This document shows, in pieces, positions 16,692 through 25,495 of a stretch of DNA of 64,000 nucleotides. Location of the stretch: positions 2,137 through 66,136 of the forward strand of contig CASFTV010000008.1 of assembly GCA_949297765.1 (NCBI GenBank), read 5' to 3'. A model generated the notes under the pieces. That model made no database searches. It was not told where the DNA came from and was given only the letters and a program-made list of their open reading frames with translations. Both the position numbers and the translations under genes were made by a program. This DNA comes from an uncultured bacterium. Its GTDB lineage: Bacteria; Verrucomicrobiota; Lentisphaeria; Victivallales; UBA1829. How positions within the stretch are numbered: the first letter of the stretch is position 1; each line of letters opens with the position of its first letter.

Positions 16692-18293
16692 ATGTCATTT
16701 CTACGAAACCTTCCAGACAGCGGCACTCTGATTACGGAAACAGGGGAGTATCCATTTTCTCCGGCGGAAACGATGAGCTTTCAGGACATTTCCCTGAATC
16801 TCACACCCGGGAGCAGCGGATTGAACATCGAACTTGCCGCAGACCGGACACCGGTCACCTTCCTCTATCTCCGGTGGAACAGGGAGCTCCCGGCGGACGC
16901 ACTTTTTCTCGGCGATTCCTGGGAACGGAGCTACGGGGACTTGCAGTGGCGGTCTCACGATCCCTCCCGGATGATGCCATGGTATTTTCTGATGCAGAAC
17001 GGGGACCGGACCACCGGATTCGGGGTCCGTGTGCGCCCGGGCGCCTTTGCCCTCTGGAACGAAACGCCGTCGGGCGTCGCGCTCTGGCTGGATCTCCGGA
17101 ACGGAACAAAAGGAGTCCTGCTGCGGAACCGGACGCTCCACGCGGCAACCGTTGTCTCGACGGAATATGAGGGGATTTCCGCCTTTGACGCCGCCCGGAA
17201 ATTCTGTGCGGAAATGTGTTCCGATCCGCTCCTTCCGCCCGACCCGGTCTACGGAGGAAACAACTGGTACTACGCCTACGGAAACACCTCCCACCAGGAG
17301 GTTCTCGACGACTGCGACTGCATCGCATCGTTCTGCGAAGGCCTCGAAAACCGTCCGTTCATGGTTCTGGACGACGGCTGGGAACCCCTTCTCCGGAAAC
17401 CGGGCAACTCCGGACCATGGGACCGGGGAAATGAACGTTTCCCGGACATGCCGCGTCTTGCGGCGGAAATGCGGGACCGCGGTGTGCGGCCGGGGCTCTG
17501 GTTCCGTCCGCTCTGGAATCTGGATCCCGCGATTCCGGAAGGATGTCTTCTGGCGGAAAAGAACCAGTCGGGCAAACGGTTTCTGGATCCTTCCGTCCCC
17601 GACGTTCTGGAAATTGTGAAAAACGACATCCGCCGGATCGCCGGCTGGGGATTTGAACTGATCAAGCACGACTTTTCCACGTCTGACATGTTCGGCGGCT
17701 GGGGATTCCAGATGCGGCCGTGGCCCGCGGGCGGCGACTGGTCGTTCGCGGACCGGACCCGCACCTCCGCGGAAATCGTGACCGGTCTCTACCGGGCAAT
17801 TCTCGAAGCCGCGGGAAAGAGCCTGATTCTGGGCTGCAACACGATCGGACACCTCGGCGCAGGACTCATGCACCTTTCCCGAATCGGCGACGACACCAGC
17901 GGAAGGACCTGGGACAGAACCCGGAAAATGGGAATCAACACCCTTGCATTCCGTCTCTGCCAGCACCGGACCTTTTTCGCCGTCGACGCAGACTGTGTCG
18001 GCATCATGGGACGGACCATTCCCTGGGAACTGAACCGTCAGTGGGCGGAACTGCTCGCGGGCAGCGGATCGCCGTTCTTCGCCTCAATCCGTCCGGGCAT
18101 TCTTTCAGAAGCGGAAGCGGCGGCGCTGAAACCGCTGTTTGCCCTGGCCTCGAAAGGATGCTCAAGCGCGACACCGCTGGACTGGCTCCGCAGCACGACC
18201 CCCTCCGACTGGGAAATAGACGGAAAACGCCGTCATTTCGACTGGTTTTCCGACGGCTGCGGAGGCCATCCCGACTTTCTCCCGAAACGATGA
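16692..18293 (+). CDS. Alpha-galactosidase-like glycoside hydrolase (GH36/GH27 clan GH-D), cytoplasmic
   Basis: 533 aa with no signal peptide. Motifs FMVLDDGWE, RPGLWFRP and GFELIKHDF (KxD nucleophile region) are typical of melibiase-type enzymes. Confidence 0.75.
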   Translation: MSFLRNLPDSGTLITETGEYPFSPAETMSFQDISLNLTPGSSGLNIELAADRTPVTFLYLRWNRELPADALFLGDSWERSYGDLQWRSHDPSRMMPWYFLMQNGDRTTGFGVRVRPGAFALWNETPSGVALWLDLRNGTKGVLLRNRTLHAATVVSTEYEGISAFDAARKFCAEMCSDPLLPPDPVYGGNNWYYAYGNTSHQEVLDDCDCIASFCEGLENRPFMVLDDGWEPLLRKPGNSGPWDRGNERFPDMPRLAAEMRDRGVRPGLWFRPLWNLDPAIPEGCLLAEKNQSGKRFLDPSVPDVLEIVKNDIRRIAGWGFELIKHDFSTSDMFGGWGFQMRPWPAGGDWSFADRTRTSAEIVTGLYRAILEAAGKSLILGCNTIGHLGAGLMHLSRIGDDTSGRTWDRTRKMGINTLAFRLCQHRTFFAVDADCVGIMGRTIPWELNRQWAELLAGSGSPFFASIRPGILSEAEAAALKPLFALASKGCSSATPLDWLRSTTPSDWEIDGKRRHFDWFSDGCGGHPDFLPKR

Positions 18294-18316
18294 TTTTCCC
18301 GGACCTTCCGGCTCCT

Positions 18317-18350
18317 CCCGTCCCGCCGCTTCATTCCCGCGGCGGACGGG
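18317..18350. terminator. GC-rich hairpin between convergent genes (no U-tract)
   Basis: CCCGTCCCGCCGC-loop-GCGGCGGACGGG is a 12-bp stem with one bulge. It sits between the alpha-galactosidase stop (18293) and the flavodoxin-like stop (18373). Confidence 0.35.
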
Positions 18351-18372
18351 ATGCAGATGATTCCTCCGCAGA

Positions 18373-18942
18373 TCACTTCTGAACAGCAATCACTTCCCGA
18401 ACCCACTGTTCCAGGGCGGCTCCGGCATTTCGAATCCCGGAACCGGGAAAAGCGCCGCCCTTTCCGAAGGAGGCTTTCGGACACGCTTTCCGCAGATCGG
18501 TTTCGCAGTTTGCCATTCCGCCGCTTCCATGGGTCACAAAGGGGATCACGGTCTTCCCGCTGAAATCGTATGCGGAGAGGAAGGAGCGGACCGGCGGAGC
18601 GATCGTGCTGCACCAGTTCGGAGAGCCGACAAACACAACTTTGTATTTTGCCATATCGGGAACATTCGCCGCAAGGGCCGGCCGGAATCCGGAAGGACAC
18701 TCCTTTCTTGCCTGATCGACGCACGCCCGGTACTCTTTCGGATATGCCTTTGCGGGTTTGATTTCAAACAGTGTTCCCCCGGTGAATTTCTGAATCTGTT
18801 CCGCCGCGAAACGGGTATTGCCGCTCCAGGAGTAGTAGGCGATCAGGATTTCCCCCGGCGCGGCGGACGCCTTCTCCGCTGAAGCCCCGGACAGGGAGAT
18901 CATTGCGGCGGCCATCAGACCAAGCATCATTTTTACGTTCAT
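18373..18942 (-). CDS. Exported flavodoxin-like protein
   Basis: 189 aa. Signal peptide MNVKMMLGLMAAAMISLSGASA. ILIAYYSWSGNT and VVFVGSPNW are flavodoxin-fold FMN-binding-type motifs. Confidence 0.65.
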   Translation of the reverse strand: MNVKMMLGLMAAAMISLSGASAEKASAAPGEILIAYYSWSGNTRFAAEQIQKFTGGTLFEIKPAKAYPKEYRACVDQARKECPSGFRPALAANVPDMAKYKVVFVGSPNWCSTIAPPVRSFLSAYDFSGKTVIPFVTHGSGGMANCETDLRKACPKASFGKGGAFPGSGIRNAGAALEQWVREVIAVQK

Positions 18943-19123
18943 GTTTCATCCCTCCGTTTGAAAAGTTTGCGTTTCGGGTACGAAAAAACCAGCCGGAAAA
19001 CAGATTCAGCAGCATGGCGTTTTCCATTCGGGAGAAATTTAGCACCGCTGCGGAAAAATAGCAAATGCGGTCATCCGGACTGCGGCGATTCCGTCGCACC
19101 GGAGGAAGAGCCCCATCGGAAAA

Positions 19124-19144
19124 AACTGATTAACAACTGATTAA
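19124..19144 (+). promoter_or_regulatory. Tandem AACTGATTAA x2 (third copy at 19191-19200), candidate operator set
   Basis: AACTGATTAAcAACTGATTAA. An identical 10-mer overlaps the -35/spacer of the downstream promoter. An inverted TTAATCA lies at 19175-19181. Confidence 0.5.
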
Positions 19145-19185
19145 TAAAAATTTTTAAAATTGCTTGTTTTTATATTAATCAACCC

Positions 19186-19214
19186 TTGACAACTGATTAA
19201 TCATGTGCTATAAT
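19186..19214 (+). promoter_or_regulatory. Perfect-consensus sigma70 promoter with extended -10
   Basis: TTGACA (19186-19191), a 17-nt spacer, then TATAAT (19209-19214) preceded by TGC (TGCTATAAT). Confidence 0.7.
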
Positions 19215-19237
19215 ATATGCCGACGGGAGGATTCGGA

Positions 19238-20611
19238 ATGTCGAACATCACCAAAATCATGACCTTTACATCCACGGTGGAACAGCTGATCCGGGACAGG
19301 GCGCCCGGCTTTACAGACCGCCTTCCGGGACAGCGGGAGCTGGCCTCCCGTTTCAATCTGTCCCAGAGCCTGGTCCACATCGGGATGACGGAACTGAAAA
19401 AACGGGGCGTGATTGTCATTGAACCGTACAAGGGAGCGTCTGTCGCACAGGCGGAGAAGAAGGCGGAGGAAGCCGAACCGGTCTCACCGCTGACCCTCCT
19501 GATCTGCGAGGACAACCCCCGGCAGAGAGCGTTCTGGCTCCGTGCCGTTGCTCTGTTTGAAGAGCGGTCGCCGGGAATCCGGGTGAGTACACGCTTCCTG
19601 CCGTCAGACCGTCCGCCGGAAGATGTCGTTCCGGGGCGACGGAATACGGTGGTGATCCGTCCGGGGGATTACCGGAAAGGGCCGCACCCCTGCGTTCCTC
19701 TTTCCGAACTTCTTCCCGCGGAAAGACTTGCCGATCTGCAGAACCGTCTTCTTCCGGGGCTTCATGCGGTGGACTGGAGCATTGCTCTTCCCTTCCAGCT
19801 GCAGGTCATGGCACAGATCTACGATGCGCGGGGAACCGACGGCCCTCCGCCGGAGGATTTTCCCGCCTATCTCGACTGGCTCAGTCACTGCTACGGGGCA
19901 CACGCGATTCCGGTTCAGAATCTGGATCTGCTGCGCGACTGCTGCGGGCTTGACCGGGCGGAAATGCTGATTCCGGATGAAAACGGACTCTCCCCGGAAC
20001 TGCGCCTGTTTCTGACATCGCTGGAGACCATCGGGCGTCATCAGCTGATGGAACCCGCATGCGAAAAAAACAGCGATCAGATCCGCTTCCTGCTGGAAAG
20101 AAGAATCCGGACGGCGGAGGTGTTTTCGCACCGCTGGACGGAACGCGGGATCTTCCAGAATGAAACCTACCGGTTCTCCCGTCCGCGGAGTGCGGTGAAA
20201 CGGCGGAGACTGCCCTACTTTCTCTCGGTCGCCGTCCTTGCCGGTTATGAGGAGGTTTCCGAAGCGGAGCGCCGCTGGTTCGAATTTCTCGCCGATCCGG
20301 AGCTTCAGATCCTTCAGATGCAGGAGGGTCTCGGACTTTCCCCGTATGCGGACCTTCTGAAGGAATCCTGCGGTGAACGCCTCCGGGATGTTGCGGAATG
20401 GGCGGCTCAAACGGTATTCGAGGACCGGAGAGAACCCCTGCTGGAGACACTCTGGAGCGAGGTCCTCCACAGACTGCGCGAACCGGTTGTTCTCCCTCTT
20501 CTGTTCGGTCAGATCACCGGAGAACGGGCGTTTTCCCTCATTTCCGAGCGGAATCTTCTGGATCCGGATGCCCTCCGGAACTGCATTGCAGAGCAGCTTT
20601 CTCTGGATTGA
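19238..20611 (+). CDS. GntR-type wHTH regulator with large (about 390 aa) uncharacterised C-terminal domain, cassette D
   Basis: Start moved to ATG 19238 (GGGAGG 7 nt upstream). The track start 19217 lies only 2 nt downstream of the -10 hexamer. LPGQRELASRFNLSQSLVHIGMTELKKRGVIVIEPYKGASV is a GntR wHTH. Confidence 0.7.
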   Translation: MSNITKIMTFTSTVEQLIRDRAPGFTDRLPGQRELASRFNLSQSLVHIGMTELKKRGVIVIEPYKGASVAQAEKKAEEAEPVSPLTLLICEDNPRQRAFWLRAVALFEERSPGIRVSTRFLPSDRPPEDVVPGRRNTVVIRPGDYRKGPHPCVPLSELLPAERLADLQNRLLPGLHAVDWSIALPFQLQVMAQIYDARGTDGPPPEDFPAYLDWLSHCYGAHAIPVQNLDLLRDCCGLDRAEMLIPDENGLSPELRLFLTSLETIGRHQLMEPACEKNSDQIRFLLERRIRTAEVFSHRWTERGIFQNETYRFSRPRSAVKRRRLPYFLSVAVLAGYEEVSEAERRWFEFLADPELQILQMQEGLGLSPYADLLKESCGERLRDVAEWAAQTVFEDRREPLLETLWSEVLHRLREPVVLPLLFGQITGERAFSLISERNLLDPDALRNCIAEQLSLD

Positions 20612-20671
20612 ACGGATAAAAAACTATGCATACAACGAATTTTTTATTGTAATACAGGAAAGGCGGAACGG

Positions 20672-23600
20672 ATGAAGCGACGACAATTTCTGTTTTTTTT
20701 CTCTCTGCAGTTTCTCCTGACGGCGGGAGCGGCGGAGAACGTGAACATCGACGCATTCACAAGCGGACGGTGTTATGTCCATAACGGGGCGAATCTTCGC
20801 CAGGAGCTGCGTTTTTTCCCGCAGGGACCGGACGGGCGGCCCGCAACCCGTCTGACCTGGGATTCCGGGAAAAAGAATTATGCGGAACTCAATCTCCGGA
20901 AGGCGCCGCAGTTTCAGGAGTTCCGGGCACTGGAACTCCGTCTGGAGTACCATTCCGACGGAAGCGGCCAGCTGAAGAGCTTCGGATTCCGGATGTTCGA
21001 TGCCAAAAACGAATGTTTTCAGTGGATCGTCCCCGCGCATGACAAGACCCCCGGCTGGAAAACGGTCCGCGCAACCCTTTCGCCGGACAAATTCACCGAC
21101 AGCTGGGGCAGGGAAAAGACCGGAAAAATCCGCTTTCCAGTCCGTCTGATCGGTTTTGCCGCCGGATTTGAGCAGGGATCTTCCGGACCGGTCTACTTCC
21201 GGGAGATGAGCTGCCGCATTCCGGAGGCCCGGCCGACCATTCCCTCCCTGACCCGCCGCTGGACCTTCGACGATGCGGCGGAACGCTGGAACTCCTGGGG
21301 CGGCGCACGGATGAAAGACCATCGGATTTTCTGTGAAAAAGCGGGCAACGTCTTTCTGAACGAGCGGATGTTCCCGCTGCATCCGGTCGCACAGCCGGAA
21401 AGCATCCGGATCGACTGTACGCTGGAATCCGGTTCCGCGGAACTTTTCCTGACCTTGTTTGACGGAAACCGGAAATCCGTCACACTTCCTGCGCGGCAGG
21501 TCGGCGCGGGGCGCAGCAGCGTCGTCTGGGAGACGGGAAACCTGACTCCGCCGCTTCAGCTTTCCCTCCTGCGCATCCGCACCCGGTCCGACCGGACCGG
21601 CATCCGTCTTCATGCGCTGGAGACCTGGGAACGCAAAACGCCGGAATCCTCGGTTGCCATGCGCGTGGAAACCGGCCATCCGCTGCATCTGATCCTTCCG
21701 GGCGGAGAGCAGAAAGCTGTTCTCCATCTGGAAAACCGGACGCGGGAAAAACTCCGTCTTCAGGCGGAATTTGAGATCTGCGATTTCTTCGGGCCGGTGG
21801 ATTCCTTTTCCCGCCTTCTGGAGTTTTCTCCGCGGCAGACCAGAAGCATTTCCCTCCCGGTGGAGCGGTATCCGCGGGATGGAATCTTCTTCATCCGGAG
21901 CGCATTTCACGAGCCGGGATCCGGAGAGATCTTCCGGGATCAGCGCTGTTTTGCGCGGATGATTCCGGCCGGACCGACGCCGTTTCCGGATTTCCGGAAA
22001 AAAGACGGATTCCTGTTCGGGATCTGCACGCACACGGAACGATGGGGACGCCGCGACCGGGAACTGGAGGTTCTGGCGGCGGCGCTGGCGGGAGCAAAGA
22101 TCATCCGCAACTCCGTCGGATGGGGAGAGATCCAGCCGAAGAAAGATGTCTGGAATTATGCCATGTTCGACGAACTGGTCACCCGTTACCGGAACAGCGG
22201 CATGGAGCTGCAGGGCGGGTTCGGTCTCTGCGCGGGATGGGGCAAGGCGGCCGACGCCCGGCTCCGCAACGGCAAACCCGATCCGCTGAACAACGGACGC
22301 TCCATGCCGGATCTTGATGCGTGGACCTTCTACGTCCGGAAGACCGTCGCGCGCTACAGGGATCAGATCCGCTACTGGGAGGTCTGGAACGAACCGGACC
22401 TGCCCCACTTTGCAAATTTCGGTGTGGAGGACTATCTCCGTCTTCATGCGGCGACCTTCCGGGCCGTCCGGGAAGCGTCTCCCTCGGCCAGGGTCATGAA
22501 CGGCGGATTCGCCGGGCTCGGCAGCGATGCGCAGATCCGCTATCAGCGGACCTTTCTCGAACAGGGACGCAATACTCTTGATCTTCATGCGTTTCATCAG
22601 CACGGCGATTTCCGCTACTACCGGAAAATCATCGACGAAATCTTTCTTCCCCAGCGGCGGGAAACCGGTTGCAGCCGCATTCCCTGGTACGCCAACGAGA
22701 CCGCGATGCACTCGCTCGGCGGACAGGATCATGCACAGGCGGAAACCCTTTTCAAGAAACTGATCTTCTCCTGGGCGCGCGACGCGATCGGATACACCTG
22801 GTACGATCTGCGCAACGACGGCTTCAGCGCCACCGACGCGGAACACAACTACGGCATGATGACCAATGATTTCTATCCGAAAGCCGTCTATCCGGCCTAC
22901 GCCGCCCTCGCCAGGATGTACCGGGAGATGACCTTCCTGAAGGAGCTGCATCCGGCGCAGGGAGAATACCTCTACCTTTTCCGGAACGGGAAAGAGCGCG
23001 AACTTGCCGCGGCGGCATGGCGGGAACCGGTCGAAGCCGCATTTTCCGGAACGCTGTTTGCCGGCGTCACGGACGCCGCGTCGATGGAAATCGCCGACAT
23101 CATGGGCAACCGCCGCCCGCTCGCGCTGCACAACGGACGCTTCCTTCATCAGAGTTCGGCCACTCCGGAAACACTTCTGCTCCACAATGCTTCGACTCTC
23201 AGCTTTGTTCCAGTCCTCCGGGCGGAGACCTCCGATCCGGCGGCGGAAGGACGGACGGTCCGGGTGAGAGTCCGCATGAACAATCCGTTGGACACCCCTC
23301 TGCGCATGAAACTGCGCCTGAACGCTCCAGTGGAATTCAAGCCGCTTTCCGGAACAGAGTGCACCCTGAACGCCGGTCCGAAAGGGGAAAGTTCCGCGCA
23401 GATCGCGTTCCGAGTCGGGAAAACCGGAGAAAACAACTTCCGCCCGTTCCGCCTCGGCATCGCGGCGGAAAGCTCCGACGGTGCCACGGCTGAACTCGGA
23501 CTCCCGGTCTATCCGGCAAAAGCTCTTTCCGGGAAAATGAACCTGAGGAAGCCGGATTTCCTTCTGAAACACCGCCATCAGGTGGTCTCTCTCTACGACA

Positions 23601-24133
23601 AAGTTCCGGGCCGTTCCATCTGGCAGGGGGAACAGGACCTCTCCGCCGCGCTCTCCTTCGGGTTGGACGGGAAATTTCTCCACCTGACCGCGGTTGTACG
23701 GGATGATGTTCATCGTCCGTCGGGCAGCGCTTCGCAGATCTGGAAAGGAGATTCCGTCCAGTTCTTCCTGGAACTTCCGGATCGCGGAACCTGGGTCGCC
23801 GGCGGTGCGCTGACCGCCTCCGGGAAAACGGAAAAATGGATCTGGAACGCCCCCTCCGGCTTCTCCGCAGAACAGGCAGTACGGACTCTGGACATCCGGG
23901 CGGACCGGAAAGGAAATGTCACAACCTATGTTTTCCGCATTCCGAGAAAGGAATTCGGTCTGTCAAAAACGCTGGCGGAGAAGGGATTCCGCTTCAACTT
24001 CCTGGTCAACGACAGCGATACGGAACGCGACGGCCGGGAAGGCTGGATCCGTCTTGCTCCGGGCGCCGGAGATGAAGTCGCACCGCTCAACTATCCGATT
24101 CTTTTCTTCCCTCCGGAATCGCCCGGCGGATAA
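20672..24133 (+). CDS. Secreted clan GH-A glycoside hydrolase (GH39/GH5-like) with C-terminal CBM9-like domain, cassette D
   Basis: 1153 aa. Signal peptide MKRRQFLFFFSLQFLLTAGAAE. Motifs GWGEIQPKKDVWNY, IRYWEVWNEPDL (acid/base) and PWYANETAM (nucleophile-type). The C-terminus GDSVQFFLE...FNFLVNDSD...GWIRLAPG is CBM9-like. Confidence 0.78.
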   Translation: MKRRQFLFFFSLQFLLTAGAAENVNIDAFTSGRCYVHNGANLRQELRFFPQGPDGRPATRLTWDSGKKNYAELNLRKAPQFQEFRALELRLEYHSDGSGQLKSFGFRMFDAKNECFQWIVPAHDKTPGWKTVRATLSPDKFTDSWGREKTGKIRFPVRLIGFAAGFEQGSSGPVYFREMSCRIPEARPTIPSLTRRWTFDDAAERWNSWGGARMKDHRIFCEKAGNVFLNERMFPLHPVAQPESIRIDCTLESGSAELFLTLFDGNRKSVTLPARQVGAGRSSVVWETGNLTPPLQLSLLRIRTRSDRTGIRLHALETWERKTPESSVAMRVETGHPLHLILPGGEQKAVLHLENRTREKLRLQAEFEICDFFGPVDSFSRLLEFSPRQTRSISLPVERYPRDGIFFIRSAFHEPGSGEIFRDQRCFARMIPAGPTPFPDFRKKDGFLFGICTHTERWGRRDRELEVLAAALAGAKIIRNSVGWGEIQPKKDVWNYAMFDELVTRYRNSGMELQGGFGLCAGWGKAADARLRNGKPDPLNNGRSMPDLDAWTFYVRKTVARYRDQIRYWEVWNEPDLPHFANFGVEDYLRLHAATFRAVREASPSARVMNGGFAGLGSDAQIRYQRTFLEQGRNTLDLHAFHQHGDFRYYRKIIDEIFLPQRRETGCSRIPWYANETAMHSLGGQDHAQAETLFKKLIFSWARDAIGYTWYDLRNDGFSATDAEHNYGMMTNDFYPKAVYPAYAALARMYREMTFLKELHPAQGEYLYLFRNGKERELAAAAWREPVEAAFSGTLFAGVTDAASMEIADIMGNRRPLALHNGRFLHQSSATPETLLLHNASTLSFVPVLRAETSDPAAEGRTVRVRVRMNNPLDTPLRMKLRLNAPVEFKPLSGTECTLNAGPKGESSAQIAFRVGKTGENNFRPFRLGIAAESSDGATAELGLPVYPAKALSGKMNLRKPDFLLKHRHQVVSLYDKVPGRSIWQGEQDLSAALSFGLDGKFLHLTAVVRDDVHRPSGSASQIWKGDSVQFFLELPDRGTWVAGGALTASGKTEKWIWNAPSGFSAEQAVRTLDIRADRKGNVTTYVFRIPRKEFGLSKTLAEKGFRFNFLVNDSDTERDGREGWIRLAPGAGDEVAPLNYPILFFPPESPGG

Positions 24134-24264
24134 CATGCTCTCTCCGGGGGGACAGCGGAACATGAAATGAAATCAGATCCGGATGCGCGGTCAACGCTCC
24201 GGAGATTCAAACTCAACAACAGCGGAACCGGGGAACGGTTTCCGTCAAAAAAAAGGATTTGAGA

Positions 24265-24993
24265 ATGAAAACGAAACAGGCCTTCACCCTTATAGAGCTC
24301 CTCGTTGTAATTGCGATCATCGCGATCCTTGCCGGCATGCTTCTTCCGGCGCTGAACAGAGCGCGGACAAAGGCGCGGTCGGTGGCATGCCTCAGCAATC
24401 TCAAACAGATCGGTCTGGCGCTTGCTCAATATGAAAACGGAGAATATTTTCCGCCGCGGAAGCAGGGAAGCGCCACGGAGGGCTGTGTGACATGGGAGGA
24501 GTTTGTCGTTCAGGGAATGGGAGGCAACGGGGCGCATGAGAACCGTTTTCAAACGGCGGTCAAATATCTTTCCTGCCCGATGGATCCGCTTCCCGCGGCG
24601 GGAGGGAAAAAGACCAAGCTGAGCTACGTCTTCAATTCCGGCGACGCCGACACATCCGGCAATGTTCTGACTCTTACCGATACTCCGGTTCCCGGCGACC
24701 ATGCCTTCCGCCTTGACCGGATCGTCGGAACATACGGAAAAAACAAAAACAGAGGCGGTTCCACGGTTCTGATCACAGACCGCATCAATGTCCTCGGCGG
24801 CGTGGAAAACCAGTACAGCCAGGGACCGACGGCAATCTGGTGGGACTTCTCCAAAGATAACGGGCATCCCGCCATGCTCGGCGAACGCAACGCACTCATG
24901 TCCGGCATGCATGTGCGGAACATCCCCGCCGCCCCGTTCATCACCGGAACGGAACTGCTGATCCGCGAAAACTTCAGCTGGAAACTGAAATAA
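24265..24993 (+). CDS. Prepilin-type N-terminal domain protein (degenerate H-X9-DG), cassette D
   Basis: The track start 24259 is TTG. ATG 24265 has AAGGA 7 nt upstream. [31 protein letters not shown]-terminal ...[12 protein letters not shown] is a degenerate version of the GxxNxxFxDGHV region. Confidence 0.85.
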   Translation: MKTKQAFTLIELLVVIAIIAILAGMLLPALNRARTKARSVACLSNLKQIGLALAQYENGEYFPPRKQGSATEGCVTWEEFVVQGMGGNGAHENRFQTAVKYLSCPMDPLPAAGGKKTKLSYVFNSGDADTSGNVLTLTDTPVPGDHAFRLDRIVGTYGKNKNRGGSTVLITDRINVLGGVENQYSQGPTAIWWDFSKDNGHPAMLGERNALMSGMHVRNIPAAPFITGTELLIRENFSWKLK

Positions 24994-24994
24994 T

Positions 24995-25020
24995 CCTCCC
25001 GGAAATCCGGAACCGGGAGG
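24995..25020. terminator. Hairpin between convergent genes (CCTCCCGG-10 nt-CCGGGAGG)
   Basis: 8-bp perfect stem immediately after stop 24993. The T-tract is weak (GATCGTTTC). Confidence 0.45.
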
Positions 25021-25028
25021 AGATCGTT

Positions 25029-25481
25029 TCAGAGTTCCGTTATACCGATCACTCCATAGCCGGAACGGAACTTGTTCAATCCGATTTTCAGAGTCTGTCC
25101 GTTGCCGGTGCGTCCGGTGACAAAGAAAAGATTCCTGGAATCCGTTACGGAAAAGCAGCGGATGTCGTTAAGTGAAAGATTCCTTCCGTGTCGCCGGAGA
25201 GCAGCCAGCGAGTGTTCCACAGGATCAATCCCGGTCTCGGCCATCTGCAGTTTCCGCTCGGTCTCGGAAAAGGGGAAAAGACGGACAAGGGCATCCGCTC
25301 CGTTCTTATTGTACAGAGCAAGCAGGGTGTCCAGCAGCGACCGCAGCTCCTTTTCCTGCGCCGGGGGAGCGGGAATCTCCCGCTGAATCCGCTCCGGGTG
25401 GACGTCCGATCCGCCGTTCACCCAGAAAACTCCGCCAATTCCAAGAATCAAACACAGAATCATCCATCCTTTTTTCTTCAT
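25029..25481 (-). CDS. Small membrane-anchored hypothetical protein co-transcribed with pilin-like gene E
   Basis: 150 aa with an N-terminal TM segment (MKKKGWMILCLILGIGGVFWV). It starts 14 bp after the upstream gene. No recognisable motif. Confidence 0.55.
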   Translation of the reverse strand: MKKKGWMILCLILGIGGVFWVNGGSDVHPERIQREIPAPPAQEKELRSLLDTLLALYNKNGADALVRLFPFSETERKLQMAETGIDPVEHSLAALRRHGRNLSLNDIRCFSVTDSRNLFFVTGRTGNGQTLKIGLNKFRSGYGVIGITEL

Positions 25482-25495
25482 TGCAGTTCTCCCTG

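Noticed and set aside
16571-17966. ORFs 16571-17170 (+), 16701-17966 (-) and similar ORFs overlapping the alpha-galactosidase gene.
   Set aside because: They are alternative-frame or antisense ORFs with low-complexity Arg/Pro-rich translations. Frame 16692-18293 carries the DDGW and KHD glycosidase motifs.
20624-23713. Very long ORFs on the strand opposite to real genes: 263-1567, 5638-8046, 13033-15477, 20624-23713 (1029 aa), 27418-29712, 31742-35035 (1097 aa, spanning five genes), 36598-38085, 41513-43300, 45405-47072 and 57490-59505.
   Set aside because: I checked coordinates mod 3 for all ten, and each is codon-aligned with the sense gene(s). In that register, antisense stops correspond to sense codons TTA, CTA and TCA, which a GC-rich genome avoids, so long open antisense frames are expected. 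Their translations are Arg/Pro/Gly-rich with no motifs, no RBS and no signal peptides. The sense genes carry clear family motifs.
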